From assembly GCA_903882665.1 (NCBI GenBank), contig CAIRXW010000024.1, positions 32,217-96,216 on the forward strand: DNA of 64,000 nucleotides, given 5' to 3'. A program made the translations under genes and the position numbers. The stretch is from an uncultured Chlorobiaceae bacterium (GTDB taxonomy: Bacteria > Bacteroidota > Chlorobiia > Chlorobiales > Chlorobiaceae). Below, in pieces: positions 19,299 through 27,273 of the stretch; position 1 is the first letter of the stretch; the number at the start of each line of letters is the position of its first letter. The notes beneath the pieces were generated by a model. That model saw only the letters and a program-made list of their open reading frames with translations, had not been told where the DNA came from and made no database searches.

Positions 19299-21383
19299 TC
19301 AATTAAATCGCCCCTTAACATGTTGTTTTAGAGCCATCGCCCGTATTCTTTTTTCAGTTTCCAAAAGACCTTCTTCAAAAAATCCCTCAGGCCAATCCGG
19401 AATAGCTCCATATTCATTTATGCTCACTTCCCTGAATGATGAACAACTCTCTTTTTTTTCTACGAAATATACTTTTGTGGCCTCTGGCCAAGGTGAGCTT
19501 TTAGAACCTTCAGCAATTCGAAGACGTATACGATTAATAATGTGCTCACTGTGCGTCTCAATCAGGCACTGCTTGCCGAGCTGCGTCAGAGAAAGGAAAA
19601 AATCAGCCAAACGAGACTGAACTTTTGGATGAAGATGCAATTCCGGTTGCTCAATAATTAACGTTGTATCAGATTTTGCAAGCAAACCAGCCACAATAAT
19701 AGGAAGAACCTGACTGACACCCACACCCACTTGAGTCAGGTCATGATTTTTATTCCTGTTGCTCATGCAAACCTGAAGCTCATGGCCAAACTGAGCAGAA
19801 TCTTTGCTCTCAATATTTTGAGCCACGCCAAGGTAGTTCAACCAGTCAACAACAGCATCCTGGAGTGAACACGTAACCGGAACGGGAATATTTGCCGAGT
19901 TGTTAAACTCAGAGGTCGGTAAATATTGAATGTCATGTATTTTTTGACTTTCAAAAACAGCGGCTGTGTTTTCCCCCTCCAATCCAACATCTTCAAGATA
20001 AGATGTTGAGGAAATCGGATATGACGGTTCAGGATCAATCCTTAATGGACCTATATAGCGAACAGAATTGGTAAAGAAAGACTTAAAGTAGCCTGCATCT
20101 TCGCTGATATGACGTCTCACGAGTTCTCGTTTTACTTCTCCATTCCGTCTTATCTCCTGTATCATCTCATCAAGAAGTGCCTGAAATTTCTGACTTTTAT
20201 TAAGCTTTATCACAACCACATCCCTAAAACAAAATGAGGATGTAAAATCTCCTTCCGTTAAAAAATCAAATAAATCATTAAAGTCCTCACTTTCATCATC
20301 AAGTAATTTCATGAGTTCATCAACAAGATCGTCCAATGAGGCAAGAATTAATGTTTTTCCCTTTTCATCCGAACTTTCACGATCTTTTTTTACAAGTTTT
20401 TCATAAGTATCATAATCATCTTGATCCATATTACTTACAATCTCTTTGATACATAACCTTATCTTTGATTGAAGAAAAATGGGGGCATCAGAAAGGAAAT
20501 CAAAGGGGCATACTCCCTTATATAAACAGAAAACGTTTCTAATTGCTTCAATTTTTTCAACTTCAGTCTCAACTAAAGATGTTATTAAATCGGGCAAAAA
20601 GTGCCAGAAAGAACACCCGATCGTCTTTGATCTATACAACACATCTTTTTCATGTATTTGACCATAAGAGAATTCATAATCATCTCCATGATTCGATTTG
20701 TGATTATAAGAATAATTTGTTATCCAATTGCCGACAAGTTCTGAGCTATATAATGTTTCCCTATCATTTATATTCCCAGAATCACCACTACCCAGATAAC
20801 TAGCCCGTTCAAGTTTCACATCATAATCCAATGTACTCAGAACCGCTTCACTATATGGATTATCTATTACCTTTTGTTTAGAACACTTAGCCTCCTCTGT
20901 TGCTCGAACTGCCACCAACGAACATTCATACGCATTATTATCAGTAATATTTTTTTGCACTGTAAGCGCTATCGAAGATAAAGTTGGGCTTGAAGAAAAA
21001 GTCGATAGATTAGCGCTTGTTTTTGAATCATCCATCCCAAATACTATTTCGCAGGATATTAACGATATCTGCTCAACATCAGCTCGTTCATCAAGTATTT
21101 TTTCTTTTGGTGGTTTCAGCTCCCAACCAATGACGATTTGATCTGAAACACCATCGGTACTTTTTATATCGCTGAATTCACCCAATTGTATAAACTGACC
21201 ATTCAATACGACCTGGCGGGAAGGATCCTTATCGGAAAGAGTCTGTGAAATAAGCAGGATAGACTGCAGAAGCGTACTTTTACCGCTACTGTTTGTACCA
21301 GCAAAAATAGTCAGGGGAGCAAAGTCCAGTGTAGTTTCATCCTTGACAGACTTGAAATTAGCCAATTTCCATTTTGTAATCAT
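19299..21383 (-). CDS. ABC/OLD-type ATPase (AAA_15/AAA_21-like) with DUF3696-type C-terminus, long paralogue
   Basis: 694 aa. MITKWKLANFKSVKD..., Walker A GTNSSGKST, LIIEQPELHLHP, ETHSEHIINR, DWPEGFFEE. The central insertion between the ATPase lobes is about 170 aa longer than in the 17660..19204 paralogue. Confidence 0.85.
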   Translation of the reverse strand: MITKWKLANFKSVKDETTLDFAPLTIFAGTNSSGKSTLLQSILLISQTLSDKDPSRQVVLNGQFIQLGEFSDIKSTDGVSDQIVIGWELKPPKEKILDERADVEQISLISCEIVFGMDDSKTSANLSTFSSSPTLSSIALTVQKNITDNNAYECSLVAVRATEEAKCSKQKVIDNPYSEAVLSTLDYDVKLERASYLGSGDSGNINDRETLYSSELVGNWITNYSYNHKSNHGDDYEFSYGQIHEKDVLYRSKTIGCSFWHFLPDLITSLVETEVEKIEAIRNVFCLYKGVCPFDFLSDAPIFLQSKIRLCIKEIVSNMDQDDYDTYEKLVKKDRESSDEKGKTLILASLDDLVDELMKLLDDESEDFNDLFDFLTEGDFTSSFCFRDVVVIKLNKSQKFQALLDEMIQEIRRNGEVKRELVRRHISEDAGYFKSFFTNSVRYIGPLRIDPEPSYPISSTSYLEDVGLEGENTAAVFESQKIHDIQYLPTSEFNNSANIPVPVTCSLQDAVVDWLNYLGVAQNIESKDSAQFGHELQVCMSNRNKNHDLTQVGVGVSQVLPIIVAGLLAKSDTTLIIEQPELHLHPKVQSRLADFFLSLTQLGKQCLIETHSEHIINRIRLRIAEGSKSSPWPEATKVYFVEKKESCSSFREVSINEYGAIPDWPEGFFEEGLLETEKRIRAMALKQHVKGRFN

Positions 21384-21454
21384 AAGCTATGGTAAATTTA
21401 AAACCGATACATTGTGACTATATGCTATGTTCTCACGAGTCCCACTACTAATGT

Positions 21455-22306
21455 TTACCTGCAAATTCCTAAATGCTCGTGAATGATTTTAATTGAGGGA
21501 ACAACCGTATTTTGCAAATATTCTGTTGGTTCATTTCCACCCCAATTGTAAGGGAAATGAGCACTTGGGTGTGAAAAAGCAGCTATAAATGACTCATGGG
21601 AACCAAGTTTTGCCTTATACACGAAATCTGACACTTGACTTACCGAGTCAAACGATTTTCTGATTGATTTCTTCCAAAAACCTTTTCCCTGAACAATTAT
21701 CACCGACGGTTCAAGAATATTCATAACCTTACGAAAATGCCCACCACAGTTACTCATCATCGTCGGTGTAGCCTTTCCGTTACATGTCCCGTCAGGAACG
21801 GCTGAACAGAGCAAATAGTTGACAAGAGCAAATGCATCGAAAATATGAACGCGCTTGCCTTCAATCGACAGAAATTCAGAATGGTGATCGGTACCGAGTG
21901 GAATGCCGAAAATCAACCGAAGAACGCTTGTTGTGCCTTTCATGTGAGGATTCCGGCCCTTATAACCTTGTCCAGCAGCAAACCGGCAGTCAAGAGCAGA
22001 AAACTTGAACATTTGAGATCGCGCCTGACAATCAACACGGGCTGGAGGATGCCCATATTCTTGCCCAACGACAACGACACGTAATGGCCTCCCATCGAAT
22101 GAAACGCCGTAATATTTCCCTACGTGGTGAAGTTGCCCCTCGTAAAATGTATCAGCGTGCGATGATTTGCACGAATTATAGTGTGAACAGATAAAATCAT
22201 CACCCAAGACATTATCGGTCAAATACTGTTCAACCGCCTGTATTCGGGCCTCAGACTTTTGCTTCTCGTATGTTGCAACAATAGAATCCGCTAACGGAAG
22301 GCTCAT
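21455..22306 (-). CDS. Uracil-DNA-glycosylase-superfamily-like protein (divergent)
   Basis: 283 aa. Three collinear motifs match family-1 UDG: RVVVVGQEYGHP (res. 76-87, cf. GQDPYH), FALVNYLL (res. 159-166, cf. LLLN) and AAFSHPSAHF (res. 242-251, cf. HPSPLS). Assigned by motif reading only. Confidence 0.6.
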   Translation of the reverse strand: MSLPLADSIVATYEKQKSEARIQAVEQYLTDNVLGDDFICSHYNSCKSSHADTFYEGQLHHVGKYYGVSFDGRPLRVVVVGQEYGHPPARVDCQARSQMFKFSALDCRFAAGQGYKGRNPHMKGTTSVLRLIFGIPLGTDHHSEFLSIEGKRVHIFDAFALVNYLLCSAVPDGTCNGKATPTMMSNCGGHFRKVMNILEPSVIIVQGKGFWKKSIRKSFDSVSQVSDFVYKAKLGSHESFIAAFSHPSAHFPYNWGGNEPTEYLQNTVVPSIKIIHEHLGICR

Positions 22307-22726
22307 AACAACTTTGTAAAAAATTCACAACTGTCTGCCGAATTTAGTGAAATAAACGAATAAAACACCTCATCTTGTGCGGCAAAAGATCTTTTTACGG
22401 AGCAGGAGCATTTCATATCATATCATCAAAACACACATCAATAACCTCACTCACTCCGCTTCAGGCAAGTCTCTTTGCTTTGAGTTTTACCCCCTTCAAA
22501 AATCGCATCGACAACCTGTACAGGAAATCCCGCAATTGGCTGCTGCGGTCCATAAACACGCTGAAGTTTTTTACATGCCACTCTATGGATCAAAAGAGTA
22601 AAAAAGCTACCTGCAATCGAAAGAATGGTTTACCAACAAGTAAAGCAGGATCCATGGCACCCGGATGGGCAATTTTCGGACGATTATCGAACATTTATCG
22701 GACGATTAACGGACGATTATCAAACA

Positions 22727-23155
22727 TTATGTTTTGAGGATATAATGCCGTCCTCGCCCTTGACCCTTGGGTACAATCAAGCCATAGACAACAAGCTCCT
22801 TGATATCCCTGGCAGCGGTATCTTTCACAATACCAAGGGTTTTCGTGATCCATCCGGTAGAAACAGCACCATTTTTAACAATTTCGGCAAGTATCACCTT
22901 TTGTCGTTCATTTAACTTTGCAGCAACTGAAGGACTGAGACCAGCAGTAATGTTTTCCGGAAACCGTATTCGATTCATATCTTCCCCCGGGCCTCTCAAT
23001 ACCACCACAACCTCGTTATCGGCTATCGTGATCAGCGGTTCATCAAGTCCGTGGTTCAGCATGGTACCCGCGCATACGCATAATCCCTGTACCGCGTTCC
23101 TCCATGCGACCAAGAAAGACCAAACCCTGAGAGATATTGGGATTCCTGGATCGTG
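22727..23155 (-). pseudogene. C-terminal remnant of an ATP-dependent DNA-binding regulator (AlbA_2/HATPase_c_4-type), copy 1, internally frameshifted
   Basis: One frame reads SRSRNPNISQGLVFLGRMEERGTGIMRMRG. The next frame continues MLNHGLDEPLITIADNEVVVVL...LNERQKVILAEIVKNGAVSTGWITKTLGIVKDTAARDIKELV...GRGRHYILK. This is the typical RNP..E..GTGI..M...GL.eP.f plus wHTH tail. No N-terminal part is present. Confidence 0.6.
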
Positions 23156-23197
23156 AGCGAGCTTTACCTGACCGAAGTTTTGTGAGAATGAGGAAAC

Positions 23198-23605
23198 TCA
23201 GATCGGCATGATTTCTTTCTCAAATTGACTGGCCGAAATGATTCTGGTCGTAACCAACGATTGCGCTTCAGAAAAATCACTGTCGCCAGTGATAAAGTAA
23301 TCAGCGCCGACTGACTCAGCACATTCGAGAAATGGAGCATCCTTCCTGTCACGAGGAAACTCAATATGAATATCAGTGTGGACCATTTGTGTGTCTGCTA
23401 TAAGAAGCTCTGTCCAGCATGTAATTGTTGCAGCGGATAACGCAAATTTTGGACGACGGATAACTTCAAGATATTCATCAAGTACAGACCGGGTAACATA
23501 CCAATCTACATCCACCGCCCCTATACACCACAGCAATACACGCTCGGGTAACCGATCACGGATAACAGCAGACACAACAATATTGGTATCAATAACCACC
23601 TTCAT
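23198..23605 (-). CDS. vapC: PIN-domain toxin (VapC-like)
   Basis: 135 aa. MKVVIDTNIVVSA..., ...DRKDAPFLECA..., YFITGDSDF. There is a 4-nt overlap with the upstream antitoxin ORF. Confidence 0.85.
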   Translation of the reverse strand: MKVVIDTNIVVSAVIRDRLPERVLLWCIGAVDVDWYVTRSVLDEYLEVIRRPKFALSAATITCWTELLIADTQMVHTDIHIEFPRDRKDAPFLECAESVGADYFITGDSDFSEAQSLVTTRIISASQFEKEIMPI

Positions 23606-23841
23606 CGGGTATTCCTGACATCATTAATTTCAGCAGCAATATCTTCGTCAGTAATAGTCGCTGATTGAGGCAAGTTTTGAACATGACGCATGAGTGCCTG
23701 CCAGGATGATACTTTCTCATCACTCAGCATGCTTTGATCAACAATCAAAACTTCAAGGAGTACACCTTTCTGAAAAGGTAACCGGTCAAGCACCAATCGG
23801 CCTGACGAATCAACTTCAGCGTATGTCTTGTAAGCTTTCAT
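23602..23841 (-). CDS. Putative antitoxin of the PIN toxin
   Basis: ORF 23602..23895, with the likely start at MKAYKTYAEVDSSGRLVLDRLPF (23841). It is small and acidic at the C-terminus, and translationally coupled to vapC. Confidence 0.6.
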   Translation of the reverse strand: MKAYKTYAEVDSSGRLVLDRLPFQKGVLLEVLIVDQSMLSDEKVSSWQALMRHVQNLPQSATITDEDIAAEINDVRNTR

Positions 23842-23980
23842 AGCACAGCACCTCCTGTAACGTAAAATTCGGCCAATATAGTAAGGCAAGAACATCGCGT
23901 CTACTATCCAAAACCTTTATCAAGTTAACATATCCCACAAAACAAAGCGAGGTTTTATTCCCGGAGATCATGAGTGAATG

Positions 23981-24193
23981 TCAAGCGGATTTCGCCAACT
24001 TTTCAGCCCTCTGATCCAGAGTGAACAAGACTTCTTGAATGGCTTCAACTTCGGGTTCATCAAAATAGACTTCGCCACACTGGGCGCATACCCAGGCAGG
24101 AATTCTGTCTAACGTAATGTGATAGCCTTTCCTGTCGGTATGAAAAGGCGCAATCCCCCGTTCCATATTCCCGCTACAATACATGCAGTTCAT
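23981..24193 (-). CDS. YgiT-type zinc-finger antitoxin-like protein
   Basis: MNCMYCSGNMERG...IPAWVCAQCGEVYFD, a double CxxC that fits the YgiT/MqsA N-terminal zinc-finger pattern. Confidence 0.75.
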   Translation of the reverse strand: MNCMYCSGNMERGIAPFHTDRKGYHITLDRIPAWVCAQCGEVYFDEPEVEAIQEVLFTLDQRAEKLAKSA

Positions 24194-24324
24194 CGTCTCC
24201 TCCTTCGTTTGTAATCGTACTCCCACTCGTCAAGGTTAGGAATATACGCAGTGATGACTGCCTGATAATCCCCCTTCGGTGAGCAAACTACATGAATTGG
24301 TGTATCATCAAGCCCTGCAACTTC
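24190..24324 (-). pseudogene. Truncated DUF4258-like toxin (C-terminal 44 codons only)
   Basis: *EVAGLDDTPIHVVCSPKGDYQAVITAYIPNLDEWEYDYKRRRRR* with an ATGA overlap onto the YgiT gene. An in-frame TAG sits directly upstream, and no N-terminal half is found in any frame. Confidence 0.5.
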
Positions 24325-24583
24325 CTATCGTAGAACCGAGGTGGAAATCTGATACGGACATTATCCGGCCATATTCCTGCGCCGATTAATTGCTGGGTAC
24401 AACTTGCATAAATACAGCTAATAGTATGCAAATATGATAGTTACAAAGCAGCAAGAATACTATGGGTGGTTGCGGAATTTACCTATCCGGACATTATCCG
24501 GACATAAATCAAGAGCGAATTCTTCCCACGAGCGCGAAGAGAGCATAACTTAAATTTCACCAAATTCACACCATCAACTTTTA

Positions 24584-24859
24584 CTATCGGTACACATCCT
24601 TCCGGTGAGCGATACGAACCACAAGAACGGAAACCTTCTCATCGTACAGTTCACAAATCACGCGGTAATCTCCGACCCGGTACCTCCAGAGTCCGGAGAG
24701 TTCTCCACGCAACGACTTACCCGAACTGCGAGGATCAACGGAGACTCGTTCCCACAAATACCTGATAATCCTCTTTGCGGCAGGCTTGTCGATCCGGGCC
24801 AACTCTTTTTCAGCCTCACCCGTTATTTCAATTTTCCAGACCAAGGCGCTGCTCCACAT
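24584..24859 (-). CDS. relE: RelE/ParE-family toxin
   Basis: 91 aa. ...[13 protein letters not shown]..., [37 protein letters not shown]. Confidence 0.85.
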   Translation of the reverse strand: MWSSALVWKIEITGEAEKELARIDKPAAKRIIRYLWERVSVDPRSSGKSLRGELSGLWRYRVGDYRVICELYDEKVSVLVVRIAHRKDVYR

Positions 24860-25079
24860 CTTCTAAACTGGAAACAGACTCCTCGCCTCGTCTTACGCGT
24901 TCCAACACCTGCTCAGCCAGATAAACATCTTCAAGATCATCAAGATGCTCAACTATGGCTTCGCGAATATAATACGTCTTGCTGCGTCCGGTTCTAAAAG
25001 CAAGGCTTTCAAGCCGTTGCCCAATGCTCCTCGGAATACGGATACCGATCATCTGATCTGCTTTCTCTTTTTCCATCAT
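24828..25079 (-). CDS. Ribbon-helix-helix antitoxin (RelB/CopG-like)
   Basis: 83 aa. [36 protein letters not shown] (RHH). It overlaps the relE start. Confidence 0.75.
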   Translation of the reverse strand: MMEKEKADQMIGIRIPRSIGQRLESLAFRTGRSKTYYIREAIVEHLDDLEDVYLAEQVLERVRRGEESVSSLEDVEQRLGLEN

Positions 25080-25287
25080 AGTCTTCAGTACATGTTATAC
25101 AATGCAATACATGTTACACAATAACAACAGGATTCACAAATTCAAGTCATGAAAGAAGTCCCCATGTACACAAAATGAATTGAAATGCCACTCCTATGCT
25201 CGTGCAGTAAAGACCGATCACAACATGACCATAGGAGTGGCACAAAGGAGTAAAAAGGCTACCTGCTATCGAAAGAATGGGTTACCG

Positions 25288-25623
25288 TCAATTTATGCAG
25301 ATCCATAGCACAAGCTCCTTGATATCCCTAGCAGCGGTATCTTTCACAATACCAAGGGTTTTCGTGATCCATCCGGTGGAAACAGTGCCGTTTTTAACAA
25401 TTTCGGCAAGTACCGCCTTTTGTCGTTCATTCAACTTTGCAGCAACCGAAAGACTGAGACCAGCAGTTATGTTTTCCGGAATCCTTATTCGATTCATATC
25501 TTCCCCCGGACCTCTCAATACCACCACAACCTCGTTATCGGCTATCGTGATCAGCGGTTCATCAAGTCCGTGGTTCAGCATGGCACCCGCGCATACGCAT
25601 AATCCCTGTACCGCGTTCCTCCA
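25288..25623 (-). pseudogene. Copy 2 of the regulator C-terminal remnant (see 22727..23155), further deleted at its 3' end
   Basis: Near-identical nucleotides to 22800..23110. It carries the same internal frameshift and lacks ~140 bp that are present in copy 1 (about 22660-22800). Confidence 0.6.
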
Positions 25624-25800
25624 TTCAACTACTCAATTTGCTCAGCAAGCTGCTGACTAAATTGCCCGGTTGGACAATAGTTTTCCAGTGAATCCTGAAA
25701 AGCATATTATACAATTTTCTAAAAAAGCTATACATTTCAGGCAACATCACCTCAGTTTGGGCGGGGTTGCATTACGTGCATTAACAATGAAGAAACCATT

Positions 25801-26019
25801 ATGACAACACTCCTTGAACAAGCAGTCAATCGAGTCAAGACATTGTCCGATAATGAGCAAAATGCCATTGCGGCATTGATTCTTGAAGAAATTAATGATG
25901 ATTTCCGTTGGGATAAAAGTTTTGCATCCAGCCAGGACACCTTGGCAATGCTTTCCAAAGAGGCTGATGAAGAGATTTGTGCAGGCAAGTGTGAAGTACT
26001 TGATCCCGATAAACTTTGA
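25801..26019 (+). CDS. Antitoxin-like small protein (same family as 28078..28278)
   Basis: 72 aa. It shares ...RWDK.F..S...L..L..EA..E...G... with the antitoxin at 28078..28278. Confidence 0.6.
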   Translation: MTTLLEQAVNRVKTLSDNEQNAIAALILEEINDDFRWDKSFASSQDTLAMLSKEADEEICAGKCEVLDPDKL

Positions 26020-26285
26020 AATCACGTATTACTTCAAAATTCCGCAAGTAATTTGACGAGTTGCTGCAAAGTGTCCAACAACAAGCGAAGGAGGTATACC
26101 GACAATTTATGCTGTATCCATGGCATCCAGGTTTGCGCTTCAAGCGAATTCACAACAGCCTTCCGATTTACTCTGTTCGAATTGGCAAAGGCTGTCGTGC
26201 AGTTGGTAAACTTGATGAAAATGGAGTCGTCTGGTTTTGGATTGGCTAACATGCCAATTACGACAAATTTTTATCTCAACGGTAA
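26016..26285 (+). pseudogene. ParE/RelE-like toxin with two in-frame stop codons
   Basis: The reading frame gives LKSRITSKFRK*FDELLQSVQQQAKEVYRQFMLYPWHPGLRFKRIH...SVRIGKGCRAVGKLDENGVVWFWIG*HANYDKFLSQR*. It is collinear with the intact paralogue at 27827..28081 (HPSLQFKKV...SARVGSHYRAV...WVWIGTHADYDRLL). The stops are at 26049-26051 and 26247-26249. Confidence 0.65.
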
Positions 26286-26424
26286 CAAGCGGGAACCTCC
26301 TATCGCACAGCAATAGTGTGCGGACAAATCAGCGCCACACTCCCATTCGATAAAGTATCCGCCATTGCGAACCTTCGTAAATTCTTCAAGGTTCCGAAGC
26401 TTTTCAAACGCTTCATAGTCCAGT
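26271..26424 (-). pseudogene. DUF2442 C-terminal fragment
   Basis: ...YEAFEKLRNLEEFTKVRNGGYFIEWECGADLSAHY... The fragment stops being DUF2442-like exactly where the jetC-derived sequence begins (26425). Confidence 0.45.
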
Positions 26425-26594
26425 CCGACGACCTGCCGCGCTTTGAGGATCGGTTCAAGGAGCTGCTCAACGAAAACACCATCCGGGAGGTGGCCAATAT
26501 TCAGTCGCAACTGGCCCGCGAACGGGAGACTATCAGAGAGCGCATCACGCGGCTCAACGAATCGCTCACGCAAATCGACTGCAATCCGGGCCGA
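26425..26594 (+). pseudogene. 170-bp internal jetC fragment (homologous to 13103..13272)
   Basis: Hand alignment shows 8 mismatches in 170 nt. It encodes [56 protein letters not shown]. Confidence 0.85.
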
Positions 26595-26603
26595 ATCAAG
26601 CGA

Positions 26604-26799
26604 TTATGTCTTGAATACAGGTGGAACTCCAAGATCTTTACAAATTTTCTTGATCAATAAATCGTTTATCTCATTATGTCTCGGAATAGATGAGCGTTTT
26701 ATTTAATGCAGGATTTATCCACCACGAATGACATCCGCCTTCTCTGGAAAATTCACACCCTTGTGACCGCAGGTATTTGAGAAATTCTTGTCGCTTCAT
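26604..26799 (-). pseudogene. hicA: HicA toxin with a +1 frameshift in an A-run
   Basis: MKRQEFLKYLRSQGCEFSREGGCHSWWINPALNK then a stop after 9 further codons. The shifted frame gives RSSIPRHNEINDLLIKKICKDLGVPP, the conserved HicA tail. The extra base lies in the T4 run at 26697-26700 (plus strand). ATGA overlap with hicB. Confidence 0.7.
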
Positions 26800-27011
26800 A
26801 CACAGACAAGTTCCTCTTGATAATTTTGACCGGCAAAGCCAATAGCATCTTCCCTGTTCAATTCAAGAAGTTCTCCCAATGTAATTTTAAGGCTTATTAA
26901 CAAATCTTCTTTGGTGTACTCCTGACAATTGACTCCAGGCACTTCTTCTATCCAGCCTATCCAGCAGCCATTATCTTGTTTGATTATGGCCGTATAGTTG
27001 TTTTGATACAT
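26796..27011 (-). CDS. hicB: HicB-family antitoxin (UPF0150)
   Basis: 71 aa. YTAIIKQDNGCWIGWIEEVPGVNCQEYTKEDLL. Confidence 0.75.
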   Translation of the reverse strand: MYQNNYTAIIKQDNGCWIGWIEEVPGVNCQEYTKEDLLISLKITLGELLELNREDAIGFAGQNYQEELVCV

Positions 27012-27037
27012 AGCTTTCTCCAGAGGAAATAGGACGT

Positions 27038-27250
27038 TTAATTTAACATTCCGGGCTCTTTGCGGAGTATGGGAATCGGGCGACTTTCGCTATGCTCAAG
27101 CCGTTCAACAATAACGCGAAGGGCGAGAACCTCCGCCTTGGACATTGCTTCCAGCGATGACGCACCGTAAGCGAGAACTCCCGGTAACTCGGGGACTTCC
27201 GCCAACCAACACCCATCAGATTCTTGTTCCTGCTCTATAGTGAAATTCAT
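27038..27250 (-). CDS. HicB-like (UPF0150) protein with no adjacent HicA
   Basis: ORF 27038..27307, start taken at MNFTIEQEQESDGCWLAEVPELPGVLAYGASSLEAM. Confidence 0.65.
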   Translation of the reverse strand: MNFTIEQEQESDGCWLAEVPELPGVLAYGASSLEAMSKAEVLALRVIVERLEHSESRPIPILRKEPGMLN

Positions 27251-27273
27251 TTTGCTATCCAGTTCAAGTGAAT

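Noticed and set aside
22375-22737. 120-aa and 74-aa plus-strand ORFs between the UDG-like gene and the regulator remnant
   Set aside because: They have no motifs and overlap repeat and spacer sequence. The minus strand here shows a short unassignable fragment (…LQRVYGPQQPIAGFPVQVVDAIFEGG…) that I could not identify either.
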